The notes under the pieces were generated by a model. That model was not told the origin of the DNA and made no database searches. It saw only the letters and a list, made by a program, of their open reading frames with translations. Shown piece by piece: positions 42,265 through 50,826 of a stretch of DNA of 58,561 nucleotides. The stretch spans positions 1-58,561 of the forward strand of contig MWBF01000001.1 of NCBI GenBank assembly GCA_002068935.1. The letters are read 5' to 3'. Origin of the DNA: Chloroflexi bacterium ADurb.Bin325. Lineage in GTDB: Bacteria; Chloroflexota; Anaerolineae; CG2-30-64-16. The position numbers and the translations under genes are program-made. Every line of letters begins with the position of its first letter. Positions within the stretch are counted from its first letter, which is position 1.

Positions 42265-43581
42265 TTAGCCCAGCTTCTGCCGCAGCACGTCTTCGAGCGT
42301 GGGCTGGCCGATGACTTGCAGCTCGTAGCTCACGCGCTGGGCCGGATGATAGATGGTCGCGACGCGCGTCAGGTCGATGGGCGTGGCCGAGATGACCAGA
42401 TCGCACGGCACGCGGCGGATCGTCTCCTCGAGATCCCGGATCTGCTGGCCGCCGTAGCCCATCGCCGGCAGCAGCGGGCCGATGTCGGGGTACTTCTCGA
42501 AGGTCTCGGTGATGGAGCCGACGGTGTAGGGCCGCGGATCGATGATCTCCGCCGCGCCGAAGCGCCGGGCCGCCACGATGCCCGCGCCGTACTTCATCTC
42601 GCCGTGCGTCAGCGTGGGGCCGTCCTCGATCACCAGCACGCGCTTGCCGCGGATGGCCGCGGCGTCCGGCAGGAAGATGGGCGAGGCGGCCTCGATGATG
42701 ACCGCGTCCGGGTTGACCCGCGCGGCGCTCTCGCGCACCGCGCTCACCTGGGCCAGATCCGCGGTGTCGACCTTGTTGATGACGATGACATCGGCCATGC
42801 GGAAGTTCGCTGCGCCGGGCCAGTAGGTCAGCTCGTGGCCCGCGCGGTGCGGGTCCGCGACGACGATGTGCAGGTCGGGCTTGTAGAAGGGCAGATCGTT
42901 GTTGCCGCCGTCCCACAGCACCACGTCGGCCTCCTGCTCGGCCTGGCGCAGGATGGCCTCATAATCCACGCCCGCATAGACGATGATGCCCCGGTCGATG
43001 TGCGGCTCGTACTCCTCGCGCTCCTCGATGGTGCAGTCGTGCGCGTCGAGATCGGCGTAGGTTGCAAACCGCTGCACGCGCTGCGCGACGAGGTCGCCGT
43101 AGGGCATGGGGTGGCGCACGGCCACCACCCGCTTGCCCATCTTCTGCAGGGCGTCGGCCACGTAGCGGGTCGTCTGCGACTTGCCGCTGCCGGTGCGCAC
43201 CGCGCACACGGCGACGACCGGCTTGCTGGACGGCAGCATGGTCTGCTGCGGCCCGATGAGCCGGAAGTCCGCGCCCGCGGCAATGGCGGTGGCGGCCTTC
43301 GTCATGACGTACTGGTTGTTGACGTCCGAGTAGGCAAAGATCACCTGATCCACCCGCAGGCTGCGGATGAGCTCCACCAGCTCGCTTTCGGGGTGGATGG
43401 CGATCCCCTGCGGGTAGAGCCGGCCGGCCAGTTCCGCCGGATAGCGCCGCCCCTCGATGTTGGGGATCTGTGTGGCGGTGAAGGCAACGACCTCGTAGGC
43501 GTCGTTGTCGCGGAACAGGGTGTTGAAGTTGTGGAAGTCGCGGCCCGCGGCCCCCATGATCAGGACACGTTGTGCTGTCAT
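42265..43581 (-). CDS. COG2403-family protein (cyclic 2,3-diphosphoglycerate synthetase-like / predicted GTPase)
   Basis: VLIMGAAGRDFHNFNTLFRDN, AVCAVRTGSGKSQTTRYV (P-loop), RHPMPYGDL, CTIEEREEYEPHI and LWDGGNNDLPFY, as in cpgS-like proteins. Confidence 0.8.
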   Translation of the reverse strand: MTAQRVLIMGAAGRDFHNFNTLFRDNDAYEVVAFTATQIPNIEGRRYPAELAGRLYPQGIAIHPESELVELIRSLRVDQVIFAYSDVNNQYVMTKAATAIAAGADFRLIGPQQTMLPSSKPVVAVCAVRTGSGKSQTTRYVADALQKMGKRVVAVRHPMPYGDLVAQRVQRFATYADLDAHDCTIEEREEYEPHIDRGIIVYAGVDYEAILRQAEQEADVVLWDGGNNDLPFYKPDLHIVVADPHRAGHELTYWPGAANFRMADVIVINKVDTADLAQVSAVRESAARVNPDAVIIEAASPIFLPDAAAIRGKRVLVIEDGPTLTHGEMKYGAGIVAARRFGAAEIIDPRPYTVGSITETFEKYPDIGPLLPAMGYGGQQIRDLEETIRRVPCDLVISATPIDLTRVATIYHPAQRVSYELQVIGQPTLEDVLRQKLG

Positions 43582-43608
43582 CGATTGACTGCTCCCTCAG
43601 CGGGTGGA

Positions 43609-44559
43609 TTAGGTGTTATCGCTGGTTGCCAGCGCGGCCCGCGGCCGGTACACTGCGCGCGCAAAGATTACGCCCAGGAAATAGAGGCCCAGCAGCGGTA
43701 CCATCACCAGCATCATGTTGATCGGGTCGACCGTCGGGGTGATGGCCGCGGAGACAAACGCCACGCCCACGATGGCGTAGCGCCACTGTCTGGCCATCGC
43801 CTTCGGCGAGACGAGGCCCAGCCGCGCGAGCATGGCCATGATCAGCGGCGTCTCGAACGCCGCGCCGATCCACAGCAGGACGGCCAGGACGAAGGAGTAA
43901 TAGGGGCGGATATCCCAGGTGGGCTGTGCAATCGAGCCGCCGGTGCCCAGCAGGAAGGGCAGCATCACCGGCAGCAGGACGTAGTAGGCGAAGACGATCC
44001 CGCCGATAAAGAAGAAGAGCACCAGCGGTGCGCCGACGATCGCCACCATCTTGAACACCGCGATCTCGTGCGGGTTTTCCAGCGCGGGCCGGATGAACAT
44101 GAGGATCTGGTACAGCATCACCGGCAGCGCCAGCACGATCGCCGCGCTGAAGATGATCTCCATGCGCACCCAGATCATGTCGGTGGGCCGCAGGAAGATG
44201 AAGAGGGCGTTCTTCGCCGGCGCCTGCAGGAAGCGCAGGATGACATCCACGAAGAAGGCGGTGGCGATCGCGCCGACCAGCATGGAGCCCATGACCACGA
44301 AGATGCGCTTGCGCAGCTCCATCAGGTGCTCGACCGCGCCGTACATGATCTGGATCAGATCGTAGAGCGGGCTTTCGCTGGCGGCCCACATCGCGCGGGC
44401 CTCCTCCAGGGTCAGCGGCTCCCGCTCGGCCTGAGAGCGGCGGAAGTTGGTCAGCATCAGCCAGAGCTGTTCCAGCCCGCGCGGGAGCTTGCTGGGGCCG
44501 AGCAGCGCGATGGCGACGATGATGAGGACGACGAAGCCGAAAACACCGGTAAACGACAT
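43609..44559 (-). CDS. tatC: twin-arginine translocase subunit TatC with an N-terminal TatB/TatA-like module
   Basis: Residues 1-45 (MSFTGVFGFVVLIIVAIALLGPSKLPRGLEQLWLMLTNFRR) look like a TatB TM helix plus amphipathic helix. The TatC core follows (HLMELRKRI ... six TM helices). There is no stop between the two parts. Confidence 0.88.
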   Translation of the reverse strand: MSFTGVFGFVVLIIVAIALLGPSKLPRGLEQLWLMLTNFRRSQAEREPLTLEEARAMWAASESPLYDLIQIMYGAVEHLMELRKRIFVVMGSMLVGAIATAFFVDVILRFLQAPAKNALFIFLRPTDMIWVRMEIIFSAAIVLALPVMLYQILMFIRPALENPHEIAVFKMVAIVGAPLVLFFFIGGIVFAYYVLLPVMLPFLLGTGGSIAQPTWDIRPYYSFVLAVLLWIGAAFETPLIMAMLARLGLVSPKAMARQWRYAIVGVAFVSAAITPTVDPINMMLVMVPLLGLYFLGVIFARAVYRPRAALATSDNT

Positions 44560-44562
44560 GGC

Positions 44563-45075
44563 TCAGGCCTCCGCGCCCGGGGGGGGCTGCTGCGGTTCGG
44601 CGGCGTCTGGCGCGGCGTCTGCTGTGCTCGCGGCAGGCGCCGGGGGCGTCTCGGCCGGGGGAGCCGGCTCCGCGCTCGCGGCGGGCGAGCCGGGCGGCAG
44701 GATCTGGTTCTCGGGCTCCGCCGCGGGCGGCGCATCCTGGTCGGCCGCGCCTTCGCTCGTCGCGGCCTTGATCTCCTGCATGACGGACTGGCGCAGCGCC
44801 TGGCCGGGGTTGCGGAAGGCCTGGGCCGCGGTCGCGACATCCTTGAGCGATGCGCCGGCGTCCTGGAAGGGCTCGGCCACCTCTTTGGCCGGGGCCTCGA
44901 TGGCGGCGCGCGCCTCGTCGATCTCGCGCGAGAACTCGCGCGTCGCGCGGCGCATGTCCTTCATGGCCCGGCCCATCTTTGCGCCGAACTGCGGCAGGCG
45001 GTCTGGCCCGAACACGGCCAGCGCGACCACCAGGATCAGGATCAGTTCAAGCGGCCCAATTCCGAGAATGTCCAC
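44563..45075 (-). CDS. tatA: TatA/TatB-family translocase subunit with a long Ala/Pro-rich tail
   Basis: MDILGIGPLELILILVVALAVFGPDRLPQFGAKMGRAMKDMRRATREF followed by a low-complexity C-terminus. Confidence 0.88.
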   Translation of the reverse strand: MDILGIGPLELILILVVALAVFGPDRLPQFGAKMGRAMKDMRRATREFSREIDEARAAIEAPAKEVAEPFQDAGASLKDVATAAQAFRNPGQALRQSVMQEIKAATSEGAADQDAPPAAEPENQILPPGSPAASAEPAPPAETPPAPAASTADAAPDAAEPQQPPPGAEA

Positions 45076-45078
45076 GAT

Positions 45079-45393
45079 TCATTCCTTGTCAGGCGCGGCG
45101 GCCTGCGGCGCGTCGGGCGCTGCGCTCAGCGTGATGCGCTCGCCGCCGATGGCCGCGCCGAGCACGCCGTTGACGAAGCGCGAGCTGTTGTCGCTGCCGA
45201 ACAGCTTGGCGAGATCGACGGCCTCGTTGATGGCGACCTTGGGCGGCGTGCCGGTCGCGCCGCTCAGTTCGTAGATGGCAATGCGCAGGACGTTGCGGTC
45301 GATGACGGCGATCTGCTGCACGGGCCAGGCCGGGGCGTACTTGTGGATGAGCGCATCGAGCGCCTCGCGATGGCGCACGACGCCGCTGACCAA
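45079..45393 (-). CDS. nusB: transcription antitermination factor NusB, C-terminal two thirds only (possible pseudogene or truncated form)
   Basis: [16 protein letters not shown] ... VLRIAIYEL ... [31 protein letters not shown] matches NusB. However, the ORF can only open 21 codons upstream of the TTG at 45393 and has no ATG. The N-terminal Arg-rich helix region is absent. Confidence 0.7.
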   Translation of the reverse strand: MVSGVVRHREALDALIHKYAPAWPVQQIAVIDRNVLRIAIYELSGATGTPPKVAINEAVDLAKLFGSDNSSRFVNGVLGAAIGGERITLSAAPDAPQAAAPDKE

Positions 45394-45453
45394 CTGGCGC
45401 GTAAAAGCCTCGCCCTCCGGCGGCAGCGGCTCGGAGAACCCTGCCTTTGCCTT

Positions 45454-45813
45454 TCAGGAAGCGTTGGCGCTGTCCGCGCCGGGCATGGCCACGTCATCGA
45501 TGTAGACGTCCACCGTCACGACCGGCATCCCGACCATCTCCTCGAGGGCGCGGGTGATCTCGGCCTGCAACGTCGAGCCGAGCTTGAGCATGTTGCTGTC
45601 GTTGTCGGCCACCACGTGCACCTCCACCTGGACGCCCTGCTCGCCGACCATGATCGCGATCCCGTCCTCGATCGTCGCGCCCGCCCGCAGGCTGCGCATC
45701 CGCGGAGGGATCGGCGCGAGCCGGCGCACTCCGCGCTGGTCCAGGGTCGTCTGTTTGACGATGGTCGTCAGCACCAGCGGCGCGATCGTGACCTTGCCCT
45801 GTACTACACCCAT
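45454..45813 (-). CDS. Asp23/Gls24-family envelope stress protein
   Basis: 119 aa with KVTIAPLVLTTIV ... VEVHVV ... the typical Asp23 pattern. Asp23-nusB synteny as in Bacillus yqhY-nusB. Confidence 0.85.
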   Translation of the reverse strand: MGVVQGKVTIAPLVLTTIVKQTTLDQRGVRRLAPIPPRMRSLRAGATIEDGIAIMVGEQGVQVEVHVVADNDSNMLKLGSTLQAEITRALEEMVGMPVVTVDVYIDDVAMPGADSANAS

Positions 45814-45834
45814 TCTAGCACCTCTTTGCCCAAA

Positions 45835-46578
45835 TTACTGCATCACCAGCCCGCCGTCCACGCTGAGCACCTGGCCGGTGATGAAGGCGGCCCGGTCGCT
45901 GGCGAGAAACGCCACGGCATAGGCGACCTCCTCCGGCCGGGCGAACCGGCCCAGGGGCGTCAGGCCGATGGCCGCCTGCTTCTGCTCGTCGGTCAGCACG
46001 TCGGTCAGCGCGGTCGGCACGAAGCCCGGCGCGACCGCGTTGACGGTGATGCCGCGCGGGCCGACCTCCTTCGCCAGCGACTTCGTGAAGCCGATCAGCC
46101 CGGCCTTCGAGGCCGCGTAATTCGTCTGGCCGGCCTGGCCGCTCAACGCCACGACCGAGGTGATGTTGATGATGCGGCCATAGCGCTGCTTGAACATGGC
46201 GCGCAGCACGGCCTTGCTGCAATTGTAAGCGCTTTTGAGGTTCGCCGCCAATACGGTGTCCCAGTCATCCTCGCTCATCATCATGAGCAGCATGTCGCGG
46301 GTGGTGCCCGCGTTGTTGACGAGGATGTCGATCCGGCCGAAGCGTTCCACCGTGGCCTTGACGAGCGCCTGCGCATCGGCCAGGCGGCTGACGTCGGCCT
46401 GCACCGTGAGCGCCTGGGCCCCGCGGCCGATCAGGTCGGCCGTGACGGTCTCTGCCTGGGCCGCGCTGTCGCGGTGGTTGACCACCACGTGCGCGCCCTG
46501 GTCGGCCAGCTCCGCGGCAATCGCGGCGCCGATGCCCCGCGAGGCCCCGGTGACAATCGCAACCTTGTCCTGTAGCAT
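45835..46578 (-). CDS. fabG: 3-oxoacyl-[acyl-carrier-protein] reductase FabG
   Basis: TGASRGIGAAIA, NNAG and the YAASKAG catalytic motif. Adjacent to fabD. Confidence 0.93.
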   Translation of the reverse strand: MLQDKVAIVTGASRGIGAAIAAELADQGAHVVVNHRDSAAQAETVTADLIGRGAQALTVQADVSRLADAQALVKATVERFGRIDILVNNAGTTRDMLLMMMSEDDWDTVLAANLKSAYNCSKAVLRAMFKQRYGRIINITSVVALSGQAGQTNYAASKAGLIGFTKSLAKEVGPRGITVNAVAPGFVPTALTDVLTDEQKQAAIGLTPLGRFARPEEVAYAVAFLASDRAAFITGQVLSVDGGLVMQ

Positions 46579-46635
46579 ATCCCGGTCATCTCCTCAAGTT
46601 CACGAAATAGCTTCGTAGCCGCTGCGCGCCTCAAT

Positions 46636-46697
46636 GGTTTGTAGCAGGCGCTTTAGCGCCAGGGGCCGCGGGGGCGCTGAAGCGCCTACTACGAACG
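46636..46697. repeat. single family D hairpin unit between fabD and fabG
   Basis: GGTTTGTAGCAGGCGCTTTAGCGCC ... GGCGCTGAAGCGCCTACTACGAACG. Confidence 0.7.
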
Positions 46698-46704
46698 AGA
46701 GCAT

Positions 46705-47637
46705 CTATAGCGCGGCGATGTCCTCCGGCGCGCGCACGTTGGCCGTGGCCGCATCGGGCAAGATGCGCTTCATCAGGCCGGTCAGCACGTCGCCGGGGCC
46801 GACCTCCACGAAGCGCGCGCCGCCCAGCGCGGCCATCGCCTGGATGGATGCGGTCCAGCGCACCGAGGCGGTCAACTGGTCGACGAGCTCCTGCCGGATA
46901 TCCGCGACGGTCTGAAGCGGCCGGGCCTGGATGTTGCCGATGATGGGCACGGCCGGCTCGCTGAACGGGGTCGCGGCCACGGCCGCGGCGAACGCATCCG
47001 CCGCGGGCGCCATCAGCGCGGAGTGCGCGGCGATGCTGACCGCGAGCGGTCGGGGCCGTGCGCCGGCCGCGCGCGCCAGCTCGATCGCGGCCGCGACGCC
47101 GGCCGGCCCGCCCGAGATGACAACCTGGCCCGGCGCATTGTAGTTGGCGACCTGCACGCTGTCGCCGCTCTCACGGCTGGCCTGCTCACACAGGGCCGTG
47201 ACCTGCTCGTCGTCCAGCTTGAGGATGGCGGCCATGCCGCCCGGATGGCTGCGGCCGGCCGCAGCCATCAGCTCCCCGCGCGTGCGGGTCAGCCGGACGG
47301 CGTCTGCAAAGGCGAGCGCGCCCGCGGCCACCAGCGCGCTGTACTCGCCCAGGCTGTGGCCCGCGACGCAACAGGCCGCGGGGAGGTCGGGCCGGGCCGC
47401 GTGCAGGGCGCGCCAGGCGGCGATGCTGGTGGTCAGGATAGCGGGCTGCGCGTTGGTGGTCTCGGTCAGCGTCTCTGCCGGGCCTGCAAAGCACAGGTCG
47501 GACAGCGCGAATCCGAGGATGGCGTCTGCTTCGGCGAAGGTATCGCGCGCGACGGGATAGGCGTCCGCCAGGGCGCGGCCCATGCCGACGGCCTGGGACC
47601 CCTGGCCGGGGAAGAGGTAGGCGATGTCACCGCTCAT
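46705..47637 (-). CDS. fabD: malonyl-CoA:ACP transacylase FabD
   Basis: FPGQGSQAVGMG, GHSLGEYSAL and the AFHS-type motif (IAAHSALM). Confidence 0.93.
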   Translation of the reverse strand: MSGDIAYLFPGQGSQAVGMGRALADAYPVARDTFAEADAILGFALSDLCFAGPAETLTETTNAQPAILTTSIAAWRALHAARPDLPAACCVAGHSLGEYSALVAAGALAFADAVRLTRTRGELMAAAGRSHPGGMAAILKLDDEQVTALCEQASRESGDSVQVANYNAPGQVVISGGPAGVAAAIELARAAGARPRPLAVSIAAHSALMAPAADAFAAAVAATPFSEPAVPIIGNIQARPLQTVADIRQELVDQLTASVRWTASIQAMAALGGARFVEVGPGDVLTGLMKRILPDAATANVRAPEDIAAL

Positions 47638-47822
47638 GGGTCTGATAGGGCCTGTTCAGGTGGTATGTTAATCGGGCCGGCTGCCAGCCGGGATGAGCCC
47701 GGGGCCTATCCGGGAGGCGTCGAGCCCTGCGCCCCTTCGGCAGCCCTCCTCCGGCCCGCGGGCCAGGGAGGGGGATGGCGGGCGACAAAGCGGAGCCGCG
47801 CTCGGATAGACAATTAGAATTT

Positions 47823-47894
47823 ATCCGAAAATTGCTCTGGCCGGTCTCCGACCGAGCCAGGAGCACGGTCAGAGACCGGAGCGGGTTTTCGGAT
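47823..47894. mobile_element. MITE family B copy (inverted relative to 19745-19820)
   Basis: ATCCGAAAA ... CCGGTCTCCGACCGAGCCAGGAGCACGGTCAGAGACCGG ... TTTTCGGAT. Confidence 0.65.
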
Positions 47895-48020
47895 AGACGT
47901 TTAGACAAGAGGGGGGACATGGGTCAGGCCCAGGTCCCCCCGGATGCCGATACGACGGCGATGAATGCTGCCGGTGGCTCGCCGGGGCCCCTGCGGGGCC
48001 GGCGCGTCACGGGGCGCTCG

Positions 48021-48215
48021 CTAACTCTTCTTCGCCGACTCCACTTCGAAGACGGTCTCGCCCTTGTATGCGCCGCAATCCGGGCAGACGTGATGCGGGA
48101 GCCGCATCGCGCCGCACTGCGGGCAGCGCACGACGTGGGTGGCGGGCAGGGCGTCGTGGGCGCGCCGGCGGTCGCGGCGGCCCTTGGAATGCTTACGTTT
48201 TGGCTGAGGTGGCAC
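48021..48215 (-). CDS. rpmF: 50S ribosomal protein L32
   Basis: MPPQPKRKHSKGRRDRRRAH ... CPQCGAMRLPHHVCPDCGAYKG. Confidence 0.95.
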   Translation of the reverse strand: MPPQPKRKHSKGRRDRRRAHDALPATHVVRCPQCGAMRLPHHVCPDCGAYKGETVFEVESAKKS

Positions 48216-48227
48216 TGATCATACTCC

Positions 48228-48812
48228 TTATACGTTCTGATCGTCCGCACGATCGTTGTCACGGTCATCGAGCAGGGCCGTCAGCGGGCCCCAGCGCGGG
48301 TCCGGCTCCGGCTTGCAGTCGCATGGTCCTTCGTTCAGGTTCTGGCCGCAGGTGGGACACAGGCCGCGACAGGCCTCGCTGCACACCGCGTTCAGCGGCG
48401 CGGCCAGCAGCGCATCCTGGCGGACCACCTCGGTCAGATCCAGGATGTGATGCTCGTCGATCCACAGCGCCCGGTCTTCCTCTTCGGGCACGATGGCGCG
48501 GCCGGTCAGGAGGTCGATCGTCGGCCGGAACAGCTCTTCGATCTCCACTTCCAGCGGCGTCGTGACCGGTTCCAGGCAGCGCGCGCAGGCCAGCGTCGCC
48601 GTGCCCGTGAGCCGCCCCTGGACCAGGATGCCCGCGTTGGTGTTCAGCATGCGCACCGCGCCGCGCAGCACGCGGCTGCGATCGTCGCCGCTCAGCTCCG
48701 GCGCCAGCTCATACAGATTGGCGGCCACTTCGACCCGCCGCGCCGCGCCGACGACATCCCTGAGCAGTTGTGCGACATTGAAGCGCAAATCGTTCATGAC
48801 AGCCTGTCCCAT
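48228..48812 (-). CDS. yceD: YceD/DUF177-family protein (large-subunit rRNA accumulation protein)
   Basis: Immediately upstream of rpmF. Shows the typical C..C ... CSEACRGLCPTCGQNLN Cys pattern. Confidence 0.88.
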   Translation of the reverse strand: MGQAVMNDLRFNVAQLLRDVVGAARRVEVAANLYELAPELSGDDRSRVLRGAVRMLNTNAGILVQGRLTGTATLACARCLEPVTTPLEVEIEELFRPTIDLLTGRAIVPEEEDRALWIDEHHILDLTEVVRQDALLAAPLNAVCSEACRGLCPTCGQNLNEGPCDCKPEPDPRWGPLTALLDDRDNDRADDQNV

Positions 48813-48925
48813 CGGCCGGAGTTCACGTTCAGCCGCCCGGGTGCGCGCCCGCGCACGACGCGTGAAGCTCGGCGGCCAAGCGCCAAGCGACTATTATAGG
48901 TGAGGGAAGGTGCAATGTCAAGAAG

Positions 48926-50334
48926 CAGCGATTCCAAATATGACGAACTGAGCCAAAGATGATAGTGTAAGCGTCACATCTGACAGGAGGGTCGGTCATG
49001 ACGAAGCCACTATCTTGGGGGCAACTGCTGGCGATTTTGGTCGCAACCGGCGAGAATTTGCCGGATCACCGCACTGGCAAGAATAGCCGGTACACCATCA
49101 GCGATGCCATGTTGGGTGCCTTCGGGGTCTTCTTCACCCAAACGCCCTCGTTTTTGGCCCGTCAACGCGACATGCAACGCCGCAAAGGGTGCAATAATGC
49201 CCAGAGCCTCTTCGGCGTCACCCATATTCCCAGTGACCCGCAGATTCGCAATCTGCTGGATCCGATTGCGCCGGCCTATCTGCGGCCCCCTTTTTGGGCG
49301 GTGCTCCAGCAGTTGGCGGCGGTCGGCGTTCTGGCAGACTATCGGAGCTTCAACGGTGGGCTGTTGTGCTCCCTGGATGGCACGCAGTATTTCTCCTCGA
49401 CGCAAGTGCATTGTGCACAGTGTACCGTCATCAAGAAGGAAACCGGCACGCGCTATGCCCATACGGCGCTGATTCCCGCTCTGGTGCGGCCCGGCAAGGC
49501 CGAGGTGCTGGTCATGGAACCGGAGTTCATCATGCCCCAGGATGGCGCCGAGAAACAAGATTGCGAGCGCAACGCGGCCCGCCGCTGGGTCGCACGCAAT
49601 GCGTCGCAGTTGGCGCAACAGCGGGTGACGATCCTGGCCGACGATTTGCACTGTCATCAGCCGTTTTGCGAACTGTTGCAAGCGCAGCATCTGAGTTTCA
49701 TTCTGACCTGCAAGCCCGACTCGCATCCCACGCTGTATGAAGAAGTCGCCTTGCTGGCCAAAATCGAGGCCGTGGCGCAAGTCAGTGATCGCCGCTGGAC
49801 CGGCCACGGCTACGAAGTCTGGACCTATCGCTACGTCAACCAAGTGCCGTTGCGCGCCGGCCCCAAGGCGCTGGCCGTCAACTGGTGCGAACTGACGATC
49901 ATCAGCGAACCCACGGGCGCGGTGTTGTACCATAACGCCTGGGCCACGGATCAGCAGTTGACCGCAGATACGATCAGGCCGGTGGTCGCCGCCGGGCGCA
50001 GCCGCTGGAAGATCGAAAACGAAAACAACAACGTGCTCAAGAACCAGGGTTACTACCTTGAACACAACTACGGCCATGGCAAACAATACCTGGCGGCGAT
50101 CGTGGTGATGCTTATCCTGCTGGCCTTCCTGTTTCACACCGTGCTCCAGCTCTGCGATGAGAAGTATCGCCGCCTACGCACCGCCCTGGGTACCCGCAAG
50201 ACATTTTTTGACGATATCCGGGCGCTGACCCGTTATCACTACTTTCACGGTTGGGACCAGTTGCTCGATTTTATGCTGGCCGAGCTGGAATTGACGCCCG
50301 GCTAACCAATCCAAACTCATATTTGGAACTGCTG
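48926..50334 (+). mobile_element. insertion sequence (single DDE transposase; lower GC than flanks)
   Basis: Imperfect 18-bp inverted repeats CAGCGATTCCAAATATGA (48926-48943) and TCATATTTGGAACTGCTG (50317-50334; 16 of 18 match). Composition visibly drops from about 48890 to 50335. No TSD recognised, so the exact tips are uncertain. Confidence 0.65.
48998..50305 (+). CDS. DDE-type transposase (IS4/ISNCY-like; family not resolvable by eye)
   Basis: 435 aa. N-terminal LPDHRTGKNSRYTISDAMLGAFGVFFTQTPSFLARQRDM, ILADDLHCHQPF, and C-terminal GRSRWKIENENNNVLKNQGYYLEHNYGHG (RW.IE......LK type motif). Confidence 0.85.
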   Translation: MTKPLSWGQLLAILVATGENLPDHRTGKNSRYTISDAMLGAFGVFFTQTPSFLARQRDMQRRKGCNNAQSLFGVTHIPSDPQIRNLLDPIAPAYLRPPFWAVLQQLAAVGVLADYRSFNGGLLCSLDGTQYFSSTQVHCAQCTVIKKETGTRYAHTALIPALVRPGKAEVLVMEPEFIMPQDGAEKQDCERNAARRWVARNASQLAQQRVTILADDLHCHQPFCELLQAQHLSFILTCKPDSHPTLYEEVALLAKIEAVAQVSDRRWTGHGYEVWTYRYVNQVPLRAGPKALAVNWCELTIISEPTGAVLYHNAWATDQQLTADTIRPVVAAGRSRWKIENENNNVLKNQGYYLEHNYGHGKQYLAAIVVMLILLAFLFHTVLQLCDEKYRRLRTALGTRKTFFDDIRALTRYHYFHGWDQLLDFMLAELELTPG

Positions 50335-50808
50335 GCCAGTGACCGGGTCGCTTGTAGCCCGGTGCTCGGCGCTGTCAAGGGACGCTACGCTCTGCGCCGC
50401 CTGCACCTCGCGCAGCACCCGCACCAGGCGGGCCTCCAGCGCGACGAACTGGTTGAGGACATACTGGTCGGCCTCGCTGCGCAGCTCGGCCGCGGCCTTC
50501 TCCGCCTCCTGTTGGATCTCGCGCGCGCGCTGGCGCGCCGTCTGAATGATGCTCTGTTCGTCCAGGTGGGCGGCGGACTGGGCCCGGGCCTCCTCGACGA
50601 TGCGTTGCGCCTGGGCGCGCGCCTCCGCAAGGATGCGGTCGCGCTCGCCGGAGATGCGCTGGCCGACGCGCAGTTCGTCGGGCAGCGCCGCGCGCATCTT
50701 CTTGACGAGGTTGCGCAAGGCCGCCTCGTCGATCAGGAGCTTGCCGCCGAGGGGCATCTTGTTGGCCGTCTGCACGAGTTCCTCGAGCTCGTCGATCAAT
50801 GCTTGCAT
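50317..50808 (-). CDS. coiled-coil hypothetical protein (163 aa)
   Basis: Ala/Glu/Arg/Gln-rich helical protein (ILAEARAQAQRIVEEARAQ... resembling ATPase b/E-subunit or DivIVA-like coiled coils). Its last six codons and stop lie inside the right IS inverted repeat. Confidence 0.6.
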   Translation of the reverse strand: MQALIDELEELVQTANKMPLGGKLLIDEAALRNLVKKMRAALPDELRVGQRISGERDRILAEARAQAQRIVEEARAQSAAHLDEQSIIQTARQRAREIQQEAEKAAAELRSEADQYVLNQFVALEARLVRVLREVQAAQSVASLDSAEHRATSDPVTGQQFQI

Positions 50809-50826
50809 GTTTGAATCACCTTATCG

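Noticed and set aside
42208-46575. 1455-aa ORF on the plus strand, the longest in the track
   Set aside because: It runs antisense across six well-supported minus-strand genes (COG2403, tatC, tatA, nusB, asp23, fabG). It is Arg/Gly/Asp/His-rich and low-complexity with no domain motifs. This is the typical stop-poor shadow frame of GC-rich DNA.
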